A stretch of DNA of 64,000 nucleotides, taken from positions 42,160,001 through 42,224,000 of the forward strand of contig NC_043008.1 in NCBI RefSeq assembly GCF_006345805.1, in the 5' to 3' direction. The position numbers and the translations under genes were made by a program. This stretch comes from Octopus sinensis (lineage: Eukaryota). Under the pieces are notes generated by a model. That model was not told where the DNA came from. It saw nothing but the letters and a program-made list of their open reading frames with translations, and searched no databases. This document shows positions 25,629 to 38,686 of this stretch, one piece after another (positions within the stretch are counted from its first letter, which is position 1; each line of letters starts with the position of its first letter).

Positions 25629-25933
25629 CATACATACATATGGTACTCTGGTAGGTGTCCGTCGTTCAATGATGTGTTGTTTGGTCAATTGTATTATCTG
25701 CTGATGAAATTGACATGTAAGTGACTGAGTATTCCGCCGACACATGTTACCTATAATGTAATTCTCCGACAGAATCATCATGGCACAGTGTGTCACACGG
25801 CTGTAACTTCTCAAACACAGACTGAATCCACACAAGGGACTTCTGTGCAATTCCCTTCAACACCATTTCATTCATAATATATGGACCGACTTGAGCAAGG
25901 GTCGATGACCGTTACCCAATATTGAATCCATGT

Positions 25934-26511
25934 AAGGCGGCGAGCTGGCAAAAGAGTTAGCTCGCCGGGCGAAATGCGTAGCGGTGTTTCGTCCACCGTT
26001 ACGTTCAGAGTTCAAATTCCGCCGAGGTCGACTTTGCCTTTCATCGTTTCGAGGTCGATAAATCAAGTACTAGTTACGCACTGGGTTCGATATAATCGAC
26101 TTAATCCGTTTGTCTGTCCTTGTTTGTCCTCTCTGTGTTTAGCCCCTTGTGGGTAGTAAAGAAATAGGTATTTCGTCTGCCATTGCGTTCTGGGTTCAAA
26201 TTCCGCCGAGGTCAACTTTGCCTTTCATCCTTTCGGGGTCGATAATTTAAGTACCAGTTACGCACTGGAGTCGATATAATCCGTCTGTCTTTGCTTGTTT
26301 GTCCTCTGTGTTTAGCCCGGTGTGGGTAGTAAAGAAATAAGTATTTCGTCTGCCATTACGTTCTGGGTTCAAATTCCGCTGAGGTCGACTTTGCTTTTCA
26401 TCCTTTCAGGGTCGAAAAATTAAGTACCAGTTGCGTACTTGGATTAACCTAATCGGGTGGACGCTTCCCCAAAAGATTTTGGGCCTTGTACCTAGAGTAG
26501 TAAAGAATATT
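25934..26511 (+). mobile_element. SINE family A tandem trimer
   Basis: A full copy at 25934-26168 is followed by two 5'-truncated units, each restarting at gtatttcgtctgcc after ...gggtagtaaagaaata. Confidence 0.88.
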
Positions 26512-27805
26512 GAATCCGAGTGCTTGTGGTTGCGAACTGCACTTGTTAAAGATTTGGTCAATATGTACCAACACATCCATATATACATAAATAGAACTAG
26601 TCAATCACCAATTCCCTCTCTCTTTCTCTCTCTCTCGTCCTTTCCTTCTCTCTTTCTTTTTTCTCTTAGCCTTCCTGTCCCTCTCTCAATTCCTTTCTCT
26701 CTACACTGGCTAAATAAAGAATTTAAGAATAATACGTTTCTATCAACCCTTTAAAGGCAGCTACTAGGAACACAAGAAAAAATAGTGTGCCAAAGCCACT
26801 ATTACGAAGTTGTAAATAGATACATTGACGATGTAGCAGACACCAGTCTCATTAAAACTATCAGCTCTGTGTAATTGACAGCTGTGTAAATCTCCCGAGT
26901 ATAAATCTTTCGAGTTCAGTGAGGGATCGTCTCTGGAAGCACAAACTATGTTGTAAGTCTCGCAGTAATAGTTTGTTCATTTTTTACAACCATTATGCTA
27001 TTATTTTTTTCTCTTTGTTTGTTGATAACGCGGCAACACATAAATCTTGTGGAACTTTAAAACTACATTACAGAACATGAAAAATGAATCATTCACTAAA
27101 CCTTACTATCTTGAAAATATCCTTTTTAACCCCTCCCCCTCCATAAATCCTAGAAGGTAAAAATTTTAAGTCTACATTGATTGATGGCATTCCACCATAT
27201 GATGGCTCATAATTCGGTGATGTGTTTTCCTGAATTCAATTTACTTACAGAAATAACGGTTTTGATTCTCAACCTGTAACGCGATGAAGGAAATGTTTAA
27301 CAGAAGACTTACAGTGCTTTTAACACTGCATAAACCTCCTCTCTATCTTCCCCTTCTCTCTCTCTCTCCCTCTCCCTCTCTCTCCCTCTCTCTCTTCCAC
27401 CGACACATACTCTTTCCAATCTAACTTATATATTCCCTCTGGAGCTAATTATAACGGCAGTTTTCCGAACTTTTATAAAAACAAATTAATCCGGATAATT
27501 AATTTCGTTCAGTTTGCACTTAGTAATAAATCTGCGTCTCAACTTTGTGTTTTTTGTTTTTGTTTTTTGCTTAACAAGTTGCACTCATCATATCATAAAC
27601 CGTGATTATAATTGAAGACCTCCAAAGTACAGCTGATACTTTTGACTATTTCTCTCATAAAACATCAACTTGTTGCCGTCATAAAGCTGCCTCCTTTCTC
27701 TCGTCTTATCTTTTCCAAGTTACGCATTTTATGAACATTAATTACTACCTTACAAGTAATTGATTTCAAATTTTAGCACAAGGCCAGCAAGATCGGGGGA
27801 GGGCA

Positions 27806-28378
27806 TTGTGGAAACTGGCCGATTGCAGACTTTGTATTGTTCACACTGAAGATAGCACCCACATATCACCAGGGTATTATCTACCGATGAGACATGACGC
27901 TGTAGCTAGGACACTCTATAATGAAATCCGTCGGAAGGATAAACCCGATGACAAAGAAATGGGAACCCACAGTATGGTAGAAGGTATAGCCACTCATAAC
28001 GAAAAGGAACACTGGTGGAAAATGTCCCCGTGAATACCTCAACAAAATGTAAGCACAACAGACCTGATACAATGATCTGGGATAGAGAATAGAAAAGGTG
28101 CACAGTTGTGGAAATTAGCTGCTCAGCGGTTGTTAAAATAAAGCTGAAGATTAGTAAAAAATAGAAAACATATTCTGAACTATTGAGAAATCTGCAGTTA
28201 CTCTTTCCAGGTTACAGTTTCAAGTTTATACCTGTAATTATTGGGACCCTGGGATATGTAACACGCTGCCTAAATACCAATCTTGAGAAATTAGGCTTCC
28301 TAAAACCAGAAAGTAGGAAGTTAATTCGAAGACTAAAGATCCAATCCATCACTGGAACTGTAAAAATCTGTATATTTT
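27806..28378 (+). mobile_element. RLE-type non-LTR retrotransposon 3' fragment (another family), degenerate
   Basis: It translates in pieces as CRLCIVHTEDSTHI...YYLPMRHDAVAR, KCKHNRPDTMIWDRE*KRCTVVEISC and FKFIPVIIGTLGYV, with stops and frameshifts. Confidence 0.85.
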
Positions 28379-29359
28379 GCAGAAACTTACCAAATGTGCT
28401 ACACAGCGGAACTGAACCTGGAACCAGGTAGTTTGAAAGCAAACTTCTTACCACAAAGCCATGGCTGCGATGGGGGAGAGATTTGCATAACATTCTACAA
28501 GCTTTTAACCTGAATTTTATTTAATTATATACACAGTCAGATGTACTCTTCGTGGTGCTTATATATTTCAACCAGAAATTTAAAAGGTTTCAATACTTAT
28601 TGACGGAACGTTTTGTGTTTGTTTCAAAAGTCTAATTCATTTTACATGTTTTGGTTGTGGGTTTCTTTTGTCTTTTCATGAACATTGCTTTTAGTACAAG
28701 ATAAATATCGCTCCTTAAATGGGAAAAGGGAATAATTAATCAATCATAATTCATTTAGAAGTCAGTTTTGTTTTGTTTCGTTAATTGTAGAGTATGTGCG
28801 TGCGTACGCGTCTGTGTTTGTGTTTGAACGTGTGTGTGTGTGTGTGTGTGTGCCTATTTTTTTATCTCTCGTTACTACTTGAGAAATATATAAAATGAAA
28901 ACAATTCAAAAAACATACTCCACAAAAAATATTTAAAGAAAAGGCAATAAAATAAAAAAAAGTGAACATTTAGAATTGCTTTTGTATTTTTTTTTGGTGG
29001 GGGTATTTAGTTTTTTCGTTTTAATTATATTTTTAAATTTAAATATTTGTTTTTGTAATTTAAGAAGAAAAACAAGACAGAAAACGAGTGCGTTTCAAAA
29101 TAATGTGTTTTCTGGAGAACGTTTCACAGCTTGAGAAAACCTGCTAAATGCGCACTCCCCTCTTTTCTTTTATTCACTGCTGCATTCGGACAGGACGATG
29201 GGGGTTGCCGGTTGTTGGAGGAGTCTGTCGCGTGGGAGGGGGTCAAAAAGAGGGAATCTGATATAAAATTGATGAAATTGGTACCACATCGGTTGTGATT
29301 GTGCTGACAAAGGAGAAAGATGATACGAAGAAAGGCCAAAGCAGATAACAGTAATGATG

Positions 29360-29392
<33 letters not shown>

Positions 29393-29445
29393 TTTGCAAC
29401 AACAATAATAATAATAATAATAATAAAGATAATATTAACAACAAC

Positions 29446-29493
<48 letters not shown>

Positions 29494-30478
29494 GATAACA
29501 ACAATGACAACTATGATGATGATGATGATGATGATTAGATATTTTTCTTTGGGTGAATATTTCTACAGACCCCCCTCCACGCCATCCTATTTGTTAATCT
29601 TTTTGTTGCGTTCCTCAATCGCCGTTGTCTCATTTATATTTCTAACACAACAGTCTTGAATAGCAATTTTCCAAAACGCCCTCCAGCCAAACATGGAATC
29701 AAAAGTCTACACAATGAAATCTATTTGTCTATTCTTTACCAGACGATTCTTCTTATTCTTATTCTTAATTTTCTTCTACTTCTCCTTCTTTTGCCCCTAT
29801 CTTCTTCGAATTCTTCTTTGAATTTTCCGTCTCCTCCTCCTCATTCTTCTTCTTCTTCTTCTTCTTCTTCTTCTTCTTCTTCTTCTTCTTCTTCTTCTTC
29901 TTCTTCTTCTTCTTCTTTTACTCCTCCTTCCTCTTCTACTCCTCCTTCCTCTCCTTCAACTCTTCCTTTTCTTTCCCCTCCATCTTCTTCTTCTCTTTCT
30001 CCTTCTTATTCTTCACGTTCGCCTTCTTCTGCATCTCTTTCACAATCCCTTGCTTTCAATTTATCTTTTTATTTAATTTATATTTTATTAATTTTTCACA
30101 AACTGTGTCAGAATAATCAATAGCTTGTGCTGTTGTGGTGTTTATTCCTATTGTTTTGTTGTGTATATTTTGTATTGTTTTCGTTTAGGACATCAGTTTT
30201 TTCTTTCAATGTCTATTTGTGCTGATTCTTTCCATTTTTTTAAGAGAAACAGAAGGGTTGCTCATATTAATTAGAGTTCTTTCTTTGCGTTTCAGTGTTT
30301 TCATATACTTCTCTATGTTTATATACATGTGTGTATGTGAGTGTGTGTGTATATATGTGGCTATATGGTATGACTTTAAACATTTTGTGTATCATACTAA
30401 TATAAGCACTTATACACTGTATACGCTTATCTAAACGCGCATATAATATATATATATATGAATGTGCGTGTCTGTATG

Positions 30479-30509
<31 letters not shown>

Positions 30510-30517
30510 TATATATA

Positions 30518-30553
<36 letters not shown>

Positions 30554-30690
30554 CATATATATATATACACATATATATATAATATGTGTGTGAATGTGTG
30601 TCTATATATATAAGTGTATATATATTATATGCATATATCTACATATATTTACATTTGTATATACATATGTATACGTATATTTATATATAC

Positions 30691-30734
<44 letters not shown>

Positions 30735-30738
30735 ATAT

Positions 30739-30808
<70 letters not shown>

Positions 30809-31121
30809 TCGTGTATAAATATATATATATATATGTGTGTATGTATATACATTTACGTGCAATTATTTTATGTATATATGTATAGGTGTATGTATATGTA
30901 TATATGTATATATGGTAAAGATATATGACGAAAGATAGATGTAGACAGATATGCGTGCGCATGTGTGTGTATTTGTCTGTGTGTTGTGTAGCATTTTATG
31001 TGCCGTCTTGAATTTGCTAGTAATTGTATATGGTCTGTAATGTGTGCAGATAATTTCATTCATGCTTGAAAATATATGCCCTAGGATATATAGATATATG
31101 CATATGCATATATTCGTACAT

Positions 31122-31169
<48 letters not shown>

Positions 31170-31189
31170 CGATTTGTAGATTTTTTTAT

Positions 31190-32350
31190 TTTGTACAAGC
31201 GCATTGATTTATTTCAATTTTGTCGACTACATGTTATAGTAGGGTCATTTGGGCACCGTCTCTGAGAAAAACAGCACTATGAAGCTCCAATACGGACATT
31301 TCAGAGTGTTTGTCAACTTGAGGACAGTGCAGAGCATTCGGAAAGCTTTGGAAGCATCTAATAGTGATTACGGAATTACGGTAGCTCAGAAAACTCACTC
31401 AGATAGTTCTGGTAAAAAAAAGAATTTCTGAATTTGTTGGTGAGTTCCAGGCCATGATTGACAACGTTCCCTCGAAGTTAATTAGGTCCATCGCCAGGGA
31501 GAGGAGTGCGTCCAAGTTCCTTCTCAGGCAGGTAGTGCCTGAAAAAAATTCTCTATTCCTCATACAAGGAGAGTATGGACCAATTATTATCCTACGCCAT
31601 CAAGGAGAAGAGGAAAGACCGTGCTACGAAACTTTTGAAAAGTTCAAGCATCCTCTCCAACCGAACAGGCTTTGACTTTTCTTCCAGGGTCGGATGCTGA
31701 ACACATAGAACATCCACTGGCTCTGCCTTGTCCCCAAAGCATGTACCGAGAGTGATAAAAATAAAACATCCAGTCAAAATCATGGTGCTTGAAGTCATCA
31801 CTAGTGATGGCGACGTTATGCCTCCATTCGTCTTCCAACACAGCCTCAGACTCAACACTGAGGCCTACATCAAGAACCTGGACGAGGTAGGTCTGCTCTA
31901 TGTCTAGAGGGTGTGTGCTGGAAGACTCTATGGCTGGCAACAGGACTCTGCACCATGCCACACAAGCAGGAGAACCCAGACAAGGCCGTCAGACAATTTC
32001 TAAGACCACATGACACCTATCATCTGGCCACCTAACTCCACAGACTGCAACCCCTTTGATTATTATGTGTGGGGCAGAGTTGAGCAAAACCCCTTGTAAC
32101 ACCCAAAAATTAACTGAAGGATTACGGCAGCATTCACCAACATAAACAAGGAGACTGTCCACAAGAGTTGCAGGAGATTTCGAAGTTGTCCGGAAGTCGT
32201 GGTTGGAGCCAATGGCGACTTTATTGAATAAATTAACTCTTTTGTAATTCAAGATATTTTTTATGTAATTTTATGTCGATATAACTGTTAAAATGAGACG
32301 TGAATGTTATTTTCATTTCTGCATAATTTAGACGACAATTTATTCAGCGT
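31190..32350 (+). mobile_element. Decayed Tc1/mariner-superfamily DD37D (maT-like) transposon
   Basis: It translates as KHPVKIMVLEVITSDGDVMPPFVF and WQQDSAPCHTSRRTQ...WPPNSTDCNPFDYYVWG. I counted 37 residues between the second and third catalytic Asp. It has in-frame stops and frameshifts. Confidence 0.88.
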
Positions 32351-33289
32351 GTGTGGGGGGGGTATGTGCGTGTTTGTGTGTGTCTCTCTATATATATATA
32401 TATGCATACATACACACATACATTCTTACGCATATACATATATACATATAAAGAGAAGAAAGAGAAAAGGGTAAGTAGGGCGATACACACACATTCATAT
32501 ATATGTACACACATACATACCCATTTATGCACGAGAGACTTCTTCCACCTTCCGTCTATCAAATCACAAGCCTTTCGTTTGGCCGAAGCAATAGTGGAAG
32601 ACAGTTACCCAAGGTGCCACCCAGTGGGACTGAACCCGAAACCATTTGATTTGCAAGTAAGCTTCTTAGCATAACAACTATAAAGACCATAGTTTTTTTT
32701 TTGTGTTTTTTTGTAATAGAAAACGGGCACTTATCCGAAGTTCGTTTCCTCTCCCAAATTGAAACCTTTATTGGCTGAAAAGCTGTATTCATTATAAGCC
32801 TTAGAGCATTATTGTTTAATCCACAATAGAATAAAAGAATGAACGAAGTTGGAAACAGAACATATTAACGATATTTACTGATCTAACTCGCATATATCCA
32901 GTAGTTGAATTATGGGACACAGTTACAGCTTAAGGGAGAAAATTCTATAAATTACGACTGAAAAACTCACTAAATGACATTGAAAATATTGCCCCACTAA
33001 ATGGAAATTACTCCTTTTTGTAAACGTAATAATGGCTATCAAATGTCACAAAGCAATTCAGAAGATCGATATTGTGATCAAATGTTTTGTTTGAAAAGAG
33101 AAGAAACTTAACTAAAGATAAATCCTTTCCTTTTTATTCGTTAAAGTTTTCGTTAAATTTTCAGTTTCAATTCACATACAACACACTAAAATCATTACGA
33201 GGGCCAAATTTCATGTGTCCAGCGCCAAATATTGATTATATATTAAGTTGGATTCATTGTGAATATGCCCCGACATGTGAGTGTAATTG

Positions 33290-33835
33290 ATATATTTCAA
33301 CTGTAACGTGATCTTTAATATTCAAAATGTTGGTCCGGCAAAGCTAATATTTAGAGCTTTTCAATGTCAATGAATTTCAACACTTTTATGGACGAATCCT
33401 AAAAGATACAAAAGGGAATCGCAAACATAATACCAGTATCATTCGGATAATTTTGGTGGAATATTTTCCACATGGTGCAAATAAGTGTATATTTTTTTAC
33501 AATTTATTTATACCTGTTCGACCCCGCTTTTCTGTCCACGGCAATTGTTTTTCAATTTCACTGCAGTTATTTCCTCTATTCTCCGTTCTCAGGATGGAGC
33601 AATAGTTTAGCTGAACTTAAAGAATTCAGATCGCAATGCAGGAGGTAACTCCTGAAATGCTTCAAAATGGATAATTTTGAAACTTGTAAAATTTTCAATG
33701 AAGTTTTGACGTAAGATTTATAAATCTATTTGTTTTATCATAATTAAATAACAAACATAAAATTTTGTTGCTCTATTTTTATTTTTATTTGCGCGACTTC
33801 ATTGAAATAGATAGTTAATTCTGGGACACTCTGCG
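33290..33835 (+). mobile_element. Possible highly decayed Tc1-like remnant
   Basis: Fragments read QDGA and SLAELKE...MQEVTPEMLQN. The end gggacactctg resembles a Tc1-type TIR. Boundaries are uncertain. Confidence 0.35.
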
Positions 33836-34643
33836 TATGTATGTGTGTGTGTGTGTGTGTGTATGTGTGTGTGTGTGTGTATGTAGTTGTATCTGTGTGT
33901 GTTTAATTTATGAAAAGATTACTTTCTTAAGTAAAAAATTATATAATTTTACTGCGATTTTCATTATTTATATATTTTTTTTCTTCACATATATTTTGTT
34001 TTTATTCTTCATATCACATAATATCTTCCTTTGATCACTTTAATTAGAATCTTTATTAAAGAAGGAAGGAAACGCTTGCTTTTCCATTCTATTTTTTTAT
34101 ATATATTCTTCATTTTTATATATATATTCTTCGTTTATATTCTTGATGTCTTCGTCTCTTTTACTTCCATATTTCTTATAATTTTTCTTTTGTGGAAGAT
34201 TATTTTATTTCTGAAGATTTTCACGCATTGTTTTCGCATAGTAACTTCATCTTCCCTGTTACGTAGTTGACACATCTTCAGCAACAGACTTTTGGATGAC
34301 CAGCTAATTAAGAAGTCGCTGCTAATTTACTATAATTAGAAGATTACAAACGGCGAAGATTCGTTCATACAAATGACCAGTTATTCGTTAAATTTGAGTT
34401 GAAATTATTGAAGAATTTGCTTTGAATAACTAATTGAAGAAAAAAAATGTCTTTCTTCCTTTCCTCTTTTATTGTGTTTTATTTACTTATTTTATATGAT
34501 TTCGTTTCATTTTATTTTATTATTATTTTTTTTTTAATTTTTCATAGCTAACTACTTGATAACAATTTTAGAACAAATCAATAAATACGAAAGAACAAAC
34601 GGAAAACAAAACTTTATTTCAGCCAAACGTATTTAGATACACC

Positions 34644-35310
34644 GTGTTGGCATTGGTGGTGGTAGTGGTGGTGGTGTTGGTGGTAGTGGTTGTGGTGATA
34701 GTGGTGTTGGTGGTAGTGGTTGTGGTGATAGTGGTGATGGTGTTGGTGGTAGTGGTTGTGGTGATAGTGGTGTTGGTGGTAGTGGTTGTGGTGATAGTGG
34801 TTGTGGTGATAGTGGTGGTGCTGGTGCTGGTTGTGGTGATAGTGGTGGTGGTGATAGTGGTGGTGGTGGTGGTGATAGTGGTGGTGATAGTGGTGGTGAT
34901 AGTGGTGGTGGTGGTGATAATGGTGGTGGTGATAGTGGTGGTGGTGGTGATAGTGGTGGTGGTGGTGATAGTGGTGGTGGTGGTGGTGGTGGTGATAATG
35001 GTGGTGGTGATAGTGGTGGTGGTGGTGATAGTGGTGGTGGTGGTGATAGTGGTGGTGGTGGTGGTGGTGATGGTGGTGGTCGGTGGTTGTGGTGTTTGGT
35101 GGTGGCGGTAGTGGTTGGTAGTGGTGGTGGTGGTGCTAGTGGTGGTGGTGGTGATAGTGGCGGTGGCGGTGATAGTGGTGGTGGTGGTGGTGGTGGTCGT
35201 CGTCGTCGTAGTGGTGGTCGTGGTCGTCGTCCTCTTAGTGGTGGTCGTCGTCCTCTTAGTGGTGGTCGTAGTGGTATTGGTGGTGGAACTGGCGGTGTAG
35301 TAGTTGTTGT
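34644..35310. repeat. Degenerate (GGT/GAT/AGT)n array
   Basis: Directly visible. It gives the poly-Val and poly-Gly pseudo-ORFs. Confidence 0.95.
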
Positions 35311-35767
35311 CTTTGTGATATAATATGGTCTTTAAGATTTCAGTTGCTAATTTTGAAAAGCTGTCTGCTGTGCGGTAATTTACAAGTTTTGGATGAGCGA
35401 CAAAGCAAAGACCGATTTACTTAAAGACGATTGACTTACTTCAACACAAACGAACGCATTGAAAGAGATATCTTATATTCAACTCGATTTATTGATAGCA
35501 AATTTAGCAGGTTGTGGTGGAGCAGCAATGTGACTGGCAAATTATACAATATATGTAATTATAGCGCCATTGAAACTCATAATTTGAATGCCTCCAACAA
35601 GTCATGTTAAACTGAGGCAGTAAATTTTCTTGTTAATATTTTTGAAATTATCAAAATCGACGGAGCATCGGACATAATCTCTTTGTGTAATTAGTTGCGC
35701 CTTTTTTATGTTCTAAACTGGTTATTCGTTTTTTTTTGGGGGGGGGGATTGATAAAAGGATATATGA

Positions 35768-36033
35768 ACCAAATGGTTGGGTCGATATACTAAGCTATAT
35801 CATTGACCAAAACCTGAAGGCTTGTACTTGGGTTTGAAATCAGTATTCCTCTACTCTGCTTCTTTACGTTCCTTCATATATTTTTGCAACACTTGGTTAA
35901 ATTACCACATGGTTCGGTCGATATCCTAAGCGATATCATTGACCAAAACCTGAAGCTTTGGGTTCGAAATTGGTATACTTCTACTCGGCTTCGTCACGTT
36001 CCTTCATTTATTTTTGCGACATTTGGTTAAATT
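35768..36033 (+). repeat. Diverged tandem duplication, ~135-bp unit (35768-35903, 35904-36033)
   Basis: Both units read acca-atggtt-ggtcgatat-ctaagc-atatcattgaccaaaacctgaag...ttggttaaatt. Confidence 0.88.
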
Positions 36034-37413
36034 TATTTCTTCAACAAGTATTCGGATGCACAGAGAGTAGAAGAACAATGCTCTGCACGGTCACCCAAAT
36101 GTGATGCTGCTACTACAGATAATGATGATGTTGATGAGAAGGAGGAGGAGGAGGAGGAAGGCGAAGAATGATTACGATAATGAGGGGGAGGATGAGATGG
36201 AGGATGAGGAGAGGGCGGACGGTGATGAGGACATCTATTCGAACGACGACGATGATGACGATGAGGCGGACGATAATTCACGGTGACGATGATGACACTT
36301 TATCCTAAGCTAATAATATAAGGTAAACAGAAATAATGAAAAAAAAAAAGAACTTATGTCAATCAAAGACGTATTGTTAGCAGTTATCTGTGCGATACAT
36401 GCAGTCTAGGAAGAATGATAAACAGACTTTGATGTAAATCACCGCTTGACCTAGTTTCAGAGAGAAACTTACTTTTATCGACGACGAATACAATTTTGTA
36501 GGTCAACAATTGAAGAAATTGAACATATTGACGCACTACACGAACGCATATATATATACATACGAATATACATATATATATATGCATTTATATATATATA
36601 TATAGGCAGCTATACATATATATACGCATACATATATACATACAGACACACTTATAGTCACATACATATATTTATATGTGTGTCTGGGTGTATGCGTGTA
36701 TACGCGTAATTGTCTCTATCTTTCTCTCGCAGTTATATGCATGGATTTGTAAACCTATTATTGGATATCTATAATCATATATTCATATATATACACACGC
36801 GCGCACACGCTTACACTCATATGAATATGTGAGTGTGGGGGAGGGGGGTACACGTATGTATATATGTGCCAGACATGCGCTTGTTGATGTATGTGGTTTT
36901 GTTGATGTAGTTATGCCTCTGTACATATACGCAGAAACACACACAAACATACACACATATATACAGGAATCACTCGACTATCGCGGGTTTTACGTTCTAA
37001 TACCATCCCCCCCACCGCGATAAGTGAGAATCGGCGAATGTGTATATCTTATTTCAAAACAGAAGGGGATTTTAATGCTATCTCTAGCAAGTCGATTGAC
37101 CACATAAACATTTCGTTGCTGACTTGAAATATCGTATATTGTACACGTGATACCAGCCATTTGTAGAATGTCATATATTAAAATATTGCACCGTACTATT
37201 TTGAATTCTATGCATTACCAATACGGAAATTATAAATTGCATGGTATAAACTTCTGCTCCGTTGTAAATATGTTTTAGTTCTGCAAAATTATATCATCTT
37301 AATACATCATCTTATATGTTATTAGTCGTTAACTTAGATTTTATAAAATACTACGTGACAATAAATACGCCAAATACCTAATTGTATATTATAATATGCT
37401 TGATATCTTGCAG

Positions 37414-37949
37414 TGCTGCTGAATACACGGAGGGTTTGATGCCAGCTAACGCCATGGTTAAACATACAGGAGAAGTGTTTTGGCCCATACCAACCAAGCT
37501 TCAAAGTTCCTGCAAAGTGGACGTCACTTATTTCCCGTTTGACGAGCAGATGTGTAAACTGAAATTTGGTTCATGGACATACGATGGGTTTCAAGTGGAT
37601 GTAACAAACCAGACCAGTGAAGTGGACCTTTCTAATTATGTGGTCAACGGCGAGTGGGAGCTTCTGTCCATCAAAATCGTCCGCAACGTAGTCACGTACA
37701 GCTGCTGCCCGGAACCCTTTCCCGATGTGACCTTCTTTGTCCACATTCGACGTCGGATCTTATACTACATGTACAATGTAGTGTTTCCTTGTATCATGAT
37801 GTCTGCATTAACGCTGTTAGTCTTCTGTCTACCTCCAGATTCTGGTGAGAAGATCGCCCTAGGAATCACAGTTCTCCTAGCTTTCTCTGTCTTCATGCTT
37901 GCAGTCGCAGAGAATCTTCCAGAAACCTCAGAATTTGTCCCACTTATAA
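37414..37949 (+). CDS. nAChR alpha-like subunit exon: Cys-loop, loops B and C, M1, M2
   Basis: The acceptor is cttgcag at 37413 and the donor gtaagt at 37950. The exon carries the Cys-loop CKVDVTYFPFDEQMC, loop B GSWTYDG, loop C YSCCPEPFPD with the vicinal cysteines that define alpha subunits, M1 and M2 (PPDSGEKIALGITVLLAFSVFMLAVAE). Its 536 bp (1+534+1) are frame-consistent with both neighbouring exons. Confidence 0.97.
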
Positions 37950-37964
37950 GTAAGTACAAATTAT

Positions 37965-38039
<75 letters not shown>

Positions 38040-38686
38040 CATATATATATATATACGCATACACACACACACATCCATACATCATTATCGTCATCCTTTA
38101 ACGTCCGTCTTATTATAGCTAAATCAACTACCATAACTGAATCCAGTGATTACAAATGAAATATCGTATTCCCCTCTTCTCTCGAGACAATATTAAGATG
38201 TTCTAGTATGAAATAATCTTTTAAATTGTAAGTTGCTCTTGCAATACGTTTTTTAATTATATTTATTTCCGTTAAGAAAACCGGAAATTATATTTAAAAG
38301 TCTTTAAAAAATGTTACACATTTAAAAAAAATCTATTTCAAAATTTCACAACGAGTGATATTCAAGAACAGTACTTTGTAATGAAGACTGTTTGCCAACG
38401 TAACATGGCAATCCTGGTTTAGGACGAATATTGCTGTAATTTAGTCCCAGGAGACGTCGTCTCCAGCTGGCTATACGACACGATCTGTTTCCTTATATTT
38501 TCGAACAATTTGTCACAAATTTGTACTAAAATATCTTCGAAACTATATTTTTATGAAGAAAACCATGTAAAACATTGTTAAAATGTATCTAAAGTTATTT
38601 ACGAAATTGAAATTCGATGAAGTAACCTGTCTGTAAAATATTTAGTCTTCTAAAAAATGATTTGTTGTTTTTCTCTTTGTTTCTAG
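37950..38686 (+). other. 737-bp phase-1 intron of the nAChR-like gene
   Basis: It has a gtaagt donor and a tttgtttctag acceptor. The junction codon is A+GT (Ser), in VPLI-S-IYLT. Confidence 0.92.

Noticed and set aside
25934-26511. CRISPR-like or other regularly spaced repeat array
   Set aside because: The units are SINE copies without unique spacers. The context is eukaryotic and there are no cas genes.
36100-36300. Acidic D/E-rich ORF (also at 48206-48589)
   Set aside because: These are degenerate (GAT/GAG/GAC)n trinucleotide sequence with no splice or homology evidence.
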